Part shown: positions 23,658 to 34,321 of the stretch, piece by piece
Layout of the letters: each line of letters begins with the position of its first letter
Numbering within the stretch: the stretch's first letter is position 1
Assembly: GCA_002269645.1 (NCBI GenBank)
Contig: NIVC01001013.1
Coordinates: 123,142 to 187,141 of the forward strand
Length of the DNA: 64,000 bases
Direction of reading: 5' to 3'
Source of the DNA: Macrostomum lignano
Lineage: Eukaryota
Program-made: the position numbers and the translations under genes
Notes under the pieces: model-generated
What the model was told of the DNA's origin: nothing
Seen by the model: the letters and a program-made list of their open reading frames with translations, nothing else
Databases searched by the model: none

Positions 23658-23963
23658 ACTCCCTCAGTCCCAGGAAACAACCACTCATATCTCGTGCAGA
23701 TTTATGCATTTGGCTTTTCTTGCTAAACAGTGCATTGCTAAGATCATAGTGATCCTACATAATTCATCACAAGCATTTAGCTAAAAGCTCATGGAAATTT
23801 ACCGGATCGCCCCCTACTAATGGCTACTTACAAATTGATGAAACAGAAATTTAAATCAGAAACCGCTCACATCATCAACTCTCTGAACAGCCCCTCTCCT
23901 GCTAAGCCAATCGAGATAAAAATTTGGAGACCCCTCCCTGGCCCACTTGGGATGGAGTATATA

Positions 23964-25717
23964 CGAGGGATGTTCCATAAGTACTTATACTTTTGCATGC
24001 TGCTCAGGAACTACGCAACCAATCATTGTAAGTTTTATGTCGCTGGAAAGCGGCTTTACTCATCTTTAATCTGTCGCCAAAATCATTTCGTTCTGTCAAC
24101 TATGTCAAAAGTTACAACAAAAAACGTAGTCAAAGGTCACCCATAGACTTACAAGAAATTTAAAGAGCAACAACAACAATGGCAAGCATGAAAACAGAGG
24201 CGCGTTGTTGATGACAGAAAGTTTGACTTCTTTGTCACTCATCCTCAGTCGGTACCGACACCTTCTCAACGTAGTTTCCACCGGAGTTGATGCACTTGGT
24301 CCACCTGTTAAACATGCTTTTGATGGCTTCTGCGTACAGCTGTCGGGGGATGACATACAGCAGAATTCTGCGGACTTCCTCCTCGATCTGGTTCCTGGTC
24401 TCGTACACGCGTCCTTTCAGATGGCGCTTCAACTCTGGAAATAAAGCAAAGTCTGCTGGTGCCAGGTCTGGAGAGTAAGGAGGGTGAGGTAGAAGATGGA
24501 GCTTCAGCTTGCTGATTGCCTCGACTGTCTTTTGTGCTGTATGAGGCCTTGCATTGTCATGATGAAGAATGAAAGGTCTGGGATTTTCACGACGCTTGTT
24601 CTGGATGTCATGATGCAGCTTTGTTAGCGTTTCAACGTAGCGCTCAGAGTTTATTGTAGTGTTTGGCTCCAAAAACTCGACAGTTAGAGGACCATTGCAG
24701 TCGAAAAACAGAGACAGCATGATCTTCTTTCCATGTGCGTCCCTTTGAGCTTTTACCGGAGGATCAGAGCCCTTCAGCATCCAGACCTGGGAATCACGTT
24801 TCGTTGGTGGATCAAAATGGGGAATCCAGGTTTCATCTCCAGTGACTATCATTCGATGGAAGAGATCCCAACCACCGTATTCTTCCATCATCCGAATATT
24901 GGCCTGACAAATCTGCTGCCTCTGCAGTCTCAAGTCCGAGGTGAGTAGGCGTGGCACCCAACGAGCAGTCAGCTTGACAAAGTCCATGCGCGACAAGCAG
25001 CGATGCACAGTTGTGCTCGGCGTGTCCAGTCTATCTGCAATCTGTCGAATCGTTAGCCGACAATCTTCGTCCAGCAGATCAAGAATTCGATCGGTGAGAG
25101 CATCAGAGCCTGATGTGCAGGGGCGGCCCGACCTCGGCAAATCAGCAACATTGGTCCTTCCTGCTTCGAACTGCTCAACCCAGTTGTAGACGGTCATCCT
25201 GCTCACCGCATTAGCTCCATGAATGTTGCATAAATCCGCATAAATCTCTGATCGCTTTTTTCCGAGTTTCCAGAGGGTAAAAATTGCAGCGCGCTGTCCT
25301 TCCCTTGAGTTCACATCCATGGTGATGCAGCAGCAGCCAAGGTGGTGAAACTTTACAAGATTAAGATGCTGTGATCTTAAGATTAAGATGCTGTGAAAGC
25401 TTAGGCCAGTATTTTCCATAGACGAAAAGGGTGTGGCATTCGCTTATGAAGCAAAAAAGAATGCATTATGTAGAATCCGAAATAACTCTGCGTGCTGAAC
25501 TTTGAAGTTTTGATTTTGAAAATTTCTTGTAAGTCTATGGGTGACCTTTGACTACGTTTTTTGTTGTAACTTTTGACATAGTTGACAGAACGAAATGATT
25601 TTGGCGACAGATTAAAGATGAGTAAAGCCGCTTTCCAGCGACATAAAACTTACAATGATTGGTTGCGTAGTTCCTGAGCAGCATGCAAAAGTATAAGTAC
25701 TTATGGAACATCCCTCG
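23964..25717 (-). mobile_element. Full-length mariner (DD34D) transposon with 198-bp TIRs
   Basis: TA|CGAGGG...CCCTCG|TA ends with TA at 23962-23963 and 25718-25719. TIRs 23964-24161 and 25520-25717 appear identical. The transposase ORF is intact. Confidence 0.97.
24235..25320 (-). CDS. Mariner transposase, ~361 aa (likely start MDVNSREG at 25320; ORF open from 25419)
   Basis: Two HTH regions, WVPRLL (WVPHEL-like), IVTGDETWI, HHDNARPH and YSPDLAPAD. Exactly 34 residues lie between the second and third catalytic Asp. Confidence 0.97.
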   Translation of the reverse strand: MDVNSREGQRAAIFTLWKLGKKRSEIYADLCNIHGANAVSRMTVYNWVEQFEAGRTNVADLPRSGRPCTSGSDALTDRILDLLDEDCRLTIRQIADRLDTPSTTVHRCLSRMDFVKLTARWVPRLLTSDLRLQRQQICQANIRMMEEYGGWDLFHRMIVTGDETWIPHFDPPTKRDSQVWMLKGSDPPVKAQRDAHGKKIMLSLFFDCNGPLTVEFLEPNTTINSERYVETLTKLHHDIQNKRRENPRPFILHHDNARPHTAQKTVEAISKLKLHLLPHPPYSPDLAPADFALFPELKRHLKGRVYETRNQIEEEVRRILLYVIPRQLYAEAIKSMFNRWTKCINSGGNYVEKVSVPTEDE

Positions 25718-25792
25718 TATTTCCGTGTTGTGGCCCCAAGGCTGAGCCAAGGCCCTGCCCTGTCATATTGAGACTATTCAGCAAGACTGAAA

Positions 25793-27412
25793 ATGTTCAA
25801 CGACACAGCTACAGAGTTTGACCCGTATACGGTGTTTCTGTTCGCTACAAAGCTAACTATCATGACCTTCGGCTTAGCCGGCAATCTGTTGGTCATAGCC
25901 GTGATCATCAGCAGTCGCCAGTTGCACACCAGAGTGAACGCACTAATGGTCAACTTGGCTGTTGCGGACACTTTGTCCCTGGCTGTGTGCGTGCCGCACG
26001 GCATTCTGGTGGATTTTCGCAGGGTGTACAAGCCGGAAATTGTCTGTAAGTTTAGACAACTTCGCACAGATGCTACTGCACCGAAACCATTGATTGTGTA
26101 TCACTTCGTCACAACTGCATATTTTATTATAGGCAAGCTAAGCTTCTGGCTGGAACACGTGTTCACCATGGCGTCGAGCTTGTGCATTGTTCTCGTGGCC
26201 ATCGAACGATTCATTGTTGTCTGGTACCCGCTGAAAGCGCCAATACTGCTGGCCAAAAGGAGCCTTCGATCGGGCGCTCTGGTGCTGCTCTGGCTTCTGT
26301 CGCTGGCTGTGCCCCTGCCCTTCTTCTTCACCGCCTTCCTTGTCAGAGTATCAGACGCAGAAAATGGCACCACATTGTACATTTGCAATCTGCCGCCGGC
26401 GAATCACAGTCTCATAGCATCTGCGATGAAGCAGGGAACATTCTACGTGCTGAACACGGTGACAGAGTTGTTCCTTCCTCTTGGCCTGACCGCCGTTCTC
26501 TATGCATTGGTTTTCTGCCGACTGGTGCGCTCGTTTCAACATCTGCGAGGCAAGCATGGCGAGCAGCCGCGGCAGCAGCAGCAGCGGCGACGACACCCTT
26601 CAGGAGCTAGGTGACGTCCAGGGGATTAGGGTAATTTAAAGGGAAGAAGTGAATTGCTCCCAAGGATAGAATACAGAAAGTGAAATTTAAGACATTTATT
26701 AAAGTGCTTTTGCAGCTAATAACTAAGAATTTAGGCACAAGGAACTTCTAAAGCGCTTATGGACGACGCGAGGGCGTTAAGATGCAAAAGTACCGTACCA
26801 ATTGAAGGAGCAAAACACACGAGCTCTTTAATTTAAAATTTTAGGCTGTCTCTACCCGCTAGGCTCAGTGGCAAAAGCTGCACAGCTTCCCAGCAGCAAT
26901 CGCAGCAGCAAACACCGCGTCGCACCAATCAGACCTGCTGCGCTACAAATAGCGTTGCTTTAAAGCACCGGCGCAGGGTAGTGTACTTTAGTGTGATTGT
27001 GGCCGCGGTGTACTTCTTCACCACAATGCCGTTTCGCAGCCTCGCCTTGTGCTTAGCAAGCACTAAGTGCTACAAGATGGTTGCGGACTACCTGTCCAAC
27101 CTAACTGTGGATCTGCTGAGACTGCTTTTCTACCTAAACTACTGCCTGAATCCTGTCATCTACAACTTAGCCTGTCGAAATTTCCGCACTGAGTTCCGCC
27201 GGTTTCTCAGCTGTTGCCTACGTGGCGGCGGGCGTCCCAACGGAGCCTCAACAACGACCGGAGCTGCTGCGGCGGCAACCAGTCGAGTTCAGACGCGGGC
27301 GGCCCGTCGGGAAATGGCAGGGGCGTCGCGATCGCCTCCGGAGACTATCAGACTGACCGTCAGCCGGAACGTGTCCCAGACCGATCAGATAGAGATAGAG
27401 CAGAACAACTAG
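25793..27412 (+). CDS. Class A peptide GPCR (TRH/ghrelin/ETH-receptor-like), 3 exons
   Basis: GLAGNLLV, NLAVAD, IERF, PFR in TM6, LFYLNYCLNPVIYNL. Introns 26046-26132 (gtaagt...tatag; removal restores VCKLSFW) and 26611-26862 (or 26844). Receptor subfamily is inferred from motifs only. Confidence 0.88.
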
Positions 27413-27956
27413 GCGAATCCCTAGCAGAAAGTTTTGGCTCGGCAAAGACAAAAAAATTGTGAACATTTTCTTTTTTATAGGATAAACTTTTTTAATCTTA
27501 ATTTCCTGGATTCGCTCTTATAAGCAAGTCAATTCTATATTACATGTAGACTACATATACGAGTAGTGAATCCTTTTTATTAAAGTAGAAGAAAATCATG
27601 ATCAGTTAAAAAGCTGTGCACATCACTACTCCTGATACGAAATGCTTTCTTAGTAGGTTCACTGCTTGTAACATTGGATAAACAGTCGCGTGTCAATGTG
27701 ATGCATGTAAATATGCTGGCGATTGTAGCTTAAAATCACTTTAATTGGAAAGTTCCCCATGATGGTCCAATACTCAACTGTAAACCACACTCCAGCAGAT
27801 TGCCGGAATAAAAGTACAAGCGTACAATCCTAGCTAAAGAGAAATTGCACTTGTACAGAAACGTTTCAAATCAGCAGCTGCGACAAAATTTACAATCGGA
27901 AGTTATAGAAAAGCCGCAGAACTTCGGACGATTAGCCTCGGAAAAGTTTGATTAGG

Positions 27957-28454
27957 TATACTGATAGTGATGTAGCTATACTGATAGTGATGTAGCTATA
28001 CTGATAGTGATGTAGCTATACTGATAGTGATGTAGCTATACTGATAGTGATGTAGCTATACTGATAGTGATGTAGCTATACTGATAGTGATGTAGCTATA
28101 CTGATAGTGATGTAGCTATACTGATAGTGATGTAGCTATACTGATAGTGATGTAGCTATACTGATAGTGATGTAGCTATACTGATAGTGATGTAGCTATA
28201 CTGATAGTGATGTAGCTATACTGATAGTGATGTAGCTATACTGATAGTGATGTAGCTATACTGATAGTGATGTAGCTATACTGATAGTGATGTAGCTATA
28301 CTGATAGTGATGTAGCTATACTGATAGTGATGTAGCTATACTGATAGTGATGTAGCTATACTGATAGTGATGTAGCTATACTGATAGTGATGTAGCTATA
28401 CTGATAGTGATGTAGCTATACTGATAGTGATGTAGCTATACTGATAGTGATGTA
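27957..28454. repeat. Perfect 20-bp tandem repeat CTGATAGTGATGTAGCTATA, ~25 copies
   Basis: Successive 60-nt lines are identical, with no visible variants. Confidence 0.98.
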
Positions 28455-28498
28455 GGCTCTGGGTGGTTTGGCAAGCGTAGCCGAGAACAAAATGACCT

Positions 28499-28580
28499 GG
28501 GACACTGGGACACTGGGACACTGGGACACTGGGACACTGGGACACTGGGACACTGGGACACTGGGACACTGGGACACTGG
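28499..28580. repeat. 9-bp tandem repeat GGGACACTG, ~9 copies
   Basis: Seen directly. Confidence 0.95.
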
Positions 28581-29489
28581 GTGTACGTGTGCGAGTACGC
28601 CGTACGTACAAGCAGGCACAGCAGGTCTGGGACAGAGTATAACATAGTGTAGTTGCATGCGCTATAATCTTCTTACTCACAGCTCGCATACATGAAAATA
28701 AATGTATTTCAATATTATGCTTCCTTACAGGAACTATTGCAATACTCGTACTTCAAAAAAATCGCATAACGCCTCAAAGTTATTAACTTTGAGTTGGTAA
28801 CTTCGAATCGCTCCCGTATGTATTTTTATACGGGGACTTTAAAGTTGTCCGTGGTAGAACTCTATTCAATGCGTTGAATTCTTCAAAAAGTACAAAGACT
28901 CTCGTCTCGTCTTTTTACAACCAGTGATAATTCTTCAATGTACTGTTAGAAGTGTAATATAGTAACTGATAGTTAACTTGTCCTTGAAAATTAGTTGGAT
29001 TTAATTTCTATACTTTGATAGACTCAGCTTCTGAGAAAAGGCTACGTTGTGAGCGCTTGAATCTATCCTGCTCTTTCTAATGCTCAGATCTTACATGTAG
29101 GCAGCAGCTTTCTGAGAAGCGATCCGGTCACGAAGTCGGAGCCCTGGAGCAGCCGATAAGACGGTTGGCCTTTGCCTGAGCAGTCGCTCCGGTCTATGTT
29201 GACTAATACGATGTTGCTTTGGACACTGTGCGCTACTCAAAGAAGATGGAATTGGCATTAGTAATAAAGACGGCTTCATCGTGATTAGGAATTGATCTGG
29301 AGCGGCTGAGGCCCGCATTCGTATCTTGAACCACTTGATACCAAGGCTTGGTCAGGGGCTGAGCCGCGATTCTAATCAGTCCGAGTGTTTCTCTCAATCT
29401 GCTCTGGCAATTTTTTGCTTTATCTGGCTTTGCTTATATGAAATACAGCTCACCACTGGATTAATCTGCAGCGTTGAGAGACTTATTTG

Positions 29490-29930
29490 ACTCAGCTGCA
29501 GGGGGTTCCAGGCATCCGGATGCAGCGGGGATGCGTCGCCGCCCATTCCGCTAACCCATGGCGACCACGGGCAGCTGGTGCTGCGGTGTCGCGCAAGGAG
29601 ATCCGGTGGTGCTGGTGTCCACAGCGCGGTCCCCCTCCGGAGGTGGATGGTCGCTCGCCCGGTAGCCCTTAGGTAGCGGACGAGCTGGAAAAAGTTCTCG
29701 GGCCTGAAAACGTCGGAGAGGTCCGGGTTTGGGCCGAGGTAGGTGAGGCTGCCCTGAGTAAAGGCGGGGCATTCACAGATGAAGTGCTACAGCACTTCAC
29801 CACTCTGGAGATATAGAATGGGCATTCCTTACTATGAATTTTCCCTGTAGGTGGCGGTGCCAGGCAAAAGAGCCATGACCTGAGAGGTCACTGCCCTGAT
29901 GTCCCTGCGGTTGAATCCGTAATGGGACTC
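29490..29930 (-). mobile_element. 3' fragment of a decayed non-LTR retrotransposon (CCHC knuckle), related to the 5150-6125 element
   Basis: Minus strand reads FNRRDIRAVT...HFICECPAFTQGSLTYLGPNPDLSDVFRPENFFQLVRYLRATGR with internal stops, paralleling [10 protein letters not shown]...HHVTFCPYF...YL...FVRDSGR. Confidence 0.7.
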
Positions 29931-30714
29931 AAAAATCACAGGTTCTGCAAAGCAATATTGATCAACTGAGGACCCAACGTATTACTGTGTAAAACAAAAT
30001 AAAAAGATTGCACAGTTTACACTTTGCAACAAAATATCGATTTTAGAGGTTTCCTGAGTTATTAATACAGAAATCACTCTTGCATTTTTACATCTGATCC
30101 ATGACTTTTCCATGAGATACTACTTTGAGCAGTAGATGAAAATGCGTGCAACTCTATGATGAGAAATCCACTTGCTTTTAAAATATTAGATTAGGCAGCA
30201 AAGCTGAAGCTCGATGTCATAAAAAATTTTTATTTAAATCTGCAAAGACTGGAGTTGTTTACGGACTGTGAAAGCTGCTCAATTTTCATTGCTTTTTCTT
30301 GGCTTGATATCCGGAAAGGTTTGTTGTCTATCGAATATGAATGCCTATAACTGACTGTCAGTGCGTTCTGCAGTATACTGCTCTAATTTTCTTGTTGCTT
30401 CTCGGGAGCAACTTGAGTATACGCGATGCGGGCTTCAAGCTTTAAGGTTTCCCATATAAGAAAGCCGGCTAGAGAAAGGAATTCCTGTAGGCTCGCAAGC
30501 TGCGCAAAATTGTAGGGAAGTCACAGAAAGATTAGAGTTGTAAGGCTCTTGGCTCTTGCTTAGAGCGGAACTTGCACATCGAGTCTGTAAGAAAGGTCAG
30601 AATTACAGCATTCTGCCTAACCACCTGCTCGATCTCCTGAGTTACGAGCGTATTACTCTAGAGTTCGAGTTGGAACTACGACTACTATTCACAACTGCAA
30701 GCCTCTGTCTTGTC

Positions 30715-31190
30715 CAACAGCAACAACAACAAAATACGTTGTCAGCCAGTCAGGCATGAGACAACGTTACAGGGCGCAGGCATCAGCCAGCAAGTAGTCG
30801 ACGAAACGTTGATCTGCAGGGTACCTGCAGCAAGAGCAACAGCATCTCCTGCACCGGCTGCGAGCAGGTGCAAGCAGTACGACTTGGCTCGGATAATATT
30901 GTCTGCCAGCTGGAGTCGCCGACGGCGCAACAGTTCGCTGGGACGGGACAGGCCGTGCGGCGATAGAGTGCCGCATTGGTGACTCGCTCGTAGCCGTTCT
31001 TGTAAGCGGCGCGCAGCAGGCCAGCATGCGCCGCATCGACCTGCTGTTCGAGCGAATTCGTCAGCGTCCAGGTCTCGGCGTTGTACAACAGGAAGGTCTC
31101 GATCACCGCCTGGAACAACGCCGCCCTATGGCCGTCAGGGCAGGCCGTCAGGGTCTGCAGGATAGCCTCGAGGAACGGGTCCAGCAAAGA
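30715..31190 (-). mobile_element. 5'-truncated RTE-like non-LTR retrotransposon fragment
   Basis: LFQAVIETFLLYNAETWTLT...LLRAAY...VTNAALYRR, then frameshifted LRRRRLQLADNIIR. A (TGT)n simple-repeat tail lies at ~30716-30732. Confidence 0.8.
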
Positions 31191-33467
31191 GTCCGGCAAC
31201 CCAGGCTGGAACATCAAGCAAGGTTATTATTACAAAAACAGTTTCAATGCTATACACAGCACGTAGGAAAAAGCCAAATATATCTTGAATTTTTTAGACA
31301 CATCGACAAAACAGTAAAAAGAAGTAAGTGAAAGGTTGCTGGACTCGCAAACATTTTTAGCGCCAAATTCTCATCTTCTTTTTCCGATCGCGGAAATTCC
31401 AAGAAATGACAGTTCCATCCTCCTTCTTGAGTGTTCTTTCTTGACGGTTTTCTGTTAACAAATGAAAACCCTGTTATGCCTTATGATTCGTTAGTGCAGT
31501 CAATACGTATGTGCTTAAACTGTGTCTATGTCCAAACTTTGTTAATCCTTCGAGTTGTAAGCTAGTATATCAATACCATCTTTCAGTGTGTTTGCCTTCT
31601 TTCAGTTCCAAAATACAAGCGCTCGATTTGGCTTGGCCGCAAGCACGACCATGCCCCTAAACTCTCATTGACTGACAACTAAATAACCTTGTGCTCCATA
31701 TAAGTAGCCATCATGACAAACCCTTATACTCAATGCGTTTGCGAGATCTACTTTGAAAATCCGATTCACCTATAGGACGCTGGCTTCATTTGCAAATTGA
31801 AATTTTGGCTTTAAGAATAGAAAAACTGGGCCCGAAAACTGCTTTTTTAAGCAAAAAGAGTTTCCAATCATTTTTCAGCTTTTTTTGGACTCAAGAAGTT
31901 CATTCCCAGGGAAATAAAAGTGCACGGTGTTTCTCTACGGATTAACGATGTGTCTCTGGCATCCGCGTGACGAGCTGTTGACGAGGTAAAATATCACATC
32001 TATCCGGATGTAATTTAGTGAAACATGCTGACAGGTGAAGTCTGAAAGAATTCTGAAGCACTGCCAGCCGCACAAACTTTTCTCATACTCATTAGCAAGA
32101 TCTGATTCTACTTCAGTGCAGATCCGATTGTCATTTTGGTATATCATTTCAAGGCTTCAACTCCAGACTTCATCAGACATAGATTTCAGCAGTGCAGATT
32201 TACAAGAGACCACGAGAAGTTCAGGGTACACGCTGTACACCCTATGCGCTTCACTGCGCGTCGGAAGTTATTTTGCCTAAAACGATTCCGCCAAATACAC
32301 CAATCGTATGGGGCAGAGTCTGCATTGAATCGACAGACTTAACTGTCCGCGTCCGCTACACGCCCAATTGACGGCTAATTTTGCCCCAATTTACCAGCAA
32401 TTCAAAGCCAGCTTGCTAAGCAATCGAATTTATAGGCAGCCTCAAATTGAACAATTATTTAGCGGCTCAGTTACTCTCGCCGGACAAACACCCTGCACAC
32501 GAGTTCCGGTTCTGTGCTCGAGCTCTCGTTGATTCGTTAGTCCATCGGGACTTAAATTGCAAATGAAATTGTTATTAGCTTTAGACGTCGTCGTAAAGAT
32601 GGACGGAAGTTGGACATTTCATTGCTATGTCTTACTTGGCAGGTTTAGCTCAAAATTTAAACCCAATATGTATAAAGCATGTGCATTCGTCATTCAGAGC
32701 TTTTAATTGTGAACGGAAAAGCAAATGTACATGTCAGAGTACGAAAAACAGACAGTTATGTTATCGTGGCTGTGGATAAATACGATTAAATATAGTCAAG
32801 TGAAGTACAGTTACATCTATATAGATAATTTCAAAAACGGCAATTGAAAAGTTAGCATGGTTATCATGAATTATATGGTGTTAAACAATAGCACAAAAAC
32901 TGTGAATATCAAAGCATTAAATGTAATTTTTCATAACTTGTACTCAACAAAACAATGGCAAGAGATCGGGAACAGCTGCAGTGTCACTTCTAGAAGAAGC
33001 AGAAGAAAGCGTGCAAGAAGCAGAGCGTTTCGACTCTTGGTGCTTTAAACATTCAAACGACACTCAAGTTCTACTAATGATACAACACTTACTTTTTTAG
33101 GTACACCAAGTAAGAGAAAAGCATTGAAACACATATTTCATCACCTAAAGCTTAAATAAAGCTTAATTATTCGTTTTTTCACGAAACGAAGAAGCGAACG
33201 ATACGAGCGCATGAATTTATTACTTAGTTAGCATTCTTGAGTCATTTCTGGTTTTCTTTAACAAGGATAACATTACTGTGTAAAGAATTTCAATAAAAGA
33301 TTATCAATTTTTAGAGCATTGTTAGTAAATAATTAATGAAAAGCGTCCGCTTTCTTTTCTTTAGTTGTGTAAACATTTAACAGCAGTGCGGGTTACCAAC
33401 ATGCCCAATATCCAGTACATCAATTAGACGTCGGCAAAGAATATGTACTTTTACCTTTCATCGACTA

Positions 33468-34186
33468 TAGCATTTTGCAGTCAAGTTTGAACTGCGGGCA
33501 TTCAAATTAGACGCTTGACCAGATCTCACTGCTGGCACAAATGCTATCTATGGCCTAGACAAAATCACACTGGTGGGCACTCAATTTAGACAAGGGGCAT
33601 TCAAATTAGACAAGTTCTCAGGCGCATTGGCCTCCATCCAGTGCTCGAGAGACTGTTGAAATGTCAATCGTTGGTATTGCGGGAAACTCAGACAGAAGCG
33701 ATTCCCGCATTTGCCCGAGTGTCATCAGAGGGTTGGCATTCAACAAGGCGGCCAGATGGTCCTTCATTGCAGGATTCATTCGACGGTGCCTGGCTCCTCC
33801 CCTTGGTAGCGCGTATCGCTGGCCATCCTGAACAAACTTGTTCCAGATGTTGTACACTGATGATCTCTTGACATCCAACATGTTGGCAATTTCAGCCACA
33901 GAGTCACCACGTTGGCATGCCCCAATAATGAGGTCACGCTTCTCTCTGGAAATTCTTGCATAGCGACGAATCGGATTGTCCATGGTCTTTCTCTCTGGCA
34001 CACATAGACTTTCCGCTGCTTGTCTAATTTGAATGCCCGTTGTCTAAATTGAGTGCCCGTCAGTGTGTTTCAGTTTGTGCCACAGACATAAAGTTCTGCT
34101 TGACTTGGGGACGGATTCTGAAATTTGGCTCTTCCCTTCTTGTCTAATTTGAATGCCCGCAGTTCAAACTTGACTGCAAAATGCTA
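33468..34186 (-). mobile_element. Internally deleted Tc1/IS630-type transposon with IR-DR ends
   Basis: Outer 45-bp TIRs 33468-33512 / 34142-34186 are flanked by TA. Inner 40-bp IRs 33575-33614 / 34019-34058. Three GGGCAYTCAAWTTAGAC repeats per end. Confidence 0.88.
33618..33983 (-). CDS. Truncated Tc1-type transposase (paired HTH DNA-binding region only, 121 aa)
   Basis: ISREKRDLIIGACQRGDSVAEIANMLDVKRSSVYNIWNKFVQDG...RGG...LLNANPLMTLGQMRESL...DISTVSRAL. The ORF ends before any DDE domain. Confidence 0.8.
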   Translation of the reverse strand: MDNPIRRYARISREKRDLIIGACQRGDSVAEIANMLDVKRSSVYNIWNKFVQDGQRYALPRGGARHRRMNPAMKDHLAALLNANPLMTLGQMRESLLSEFPAIPTIDISTVSRALDGGQCA

Positions 34187-34321
34187 TAATAACGACGTCA
34201 TATGTCAGCAATGTAAAAGTGCATATTTGACAGCGAAGTCGATGACTTCGAAAAAGTGGGACAGCTGTACGGGTATGCAGCTTTACAACTAGCTGAAAAT
34301 TAGCTGATTAGTGATCTCTGA

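Noticed and set aside
25319-25419. 33 extra N-terminal codons on the mariner ORF
   Set aside because: The region contains an 18-bp direct duplication (AAGATTAAGATGCTGTGA) and lies before the family-typical start; it is probably 5' UTR.
31935-32342. Possible small spliced gene (MCLWHPRDELLTR... plus a downstream segment)
   Set aside because: Several frames are equally plausible, with no domain signal and short length.
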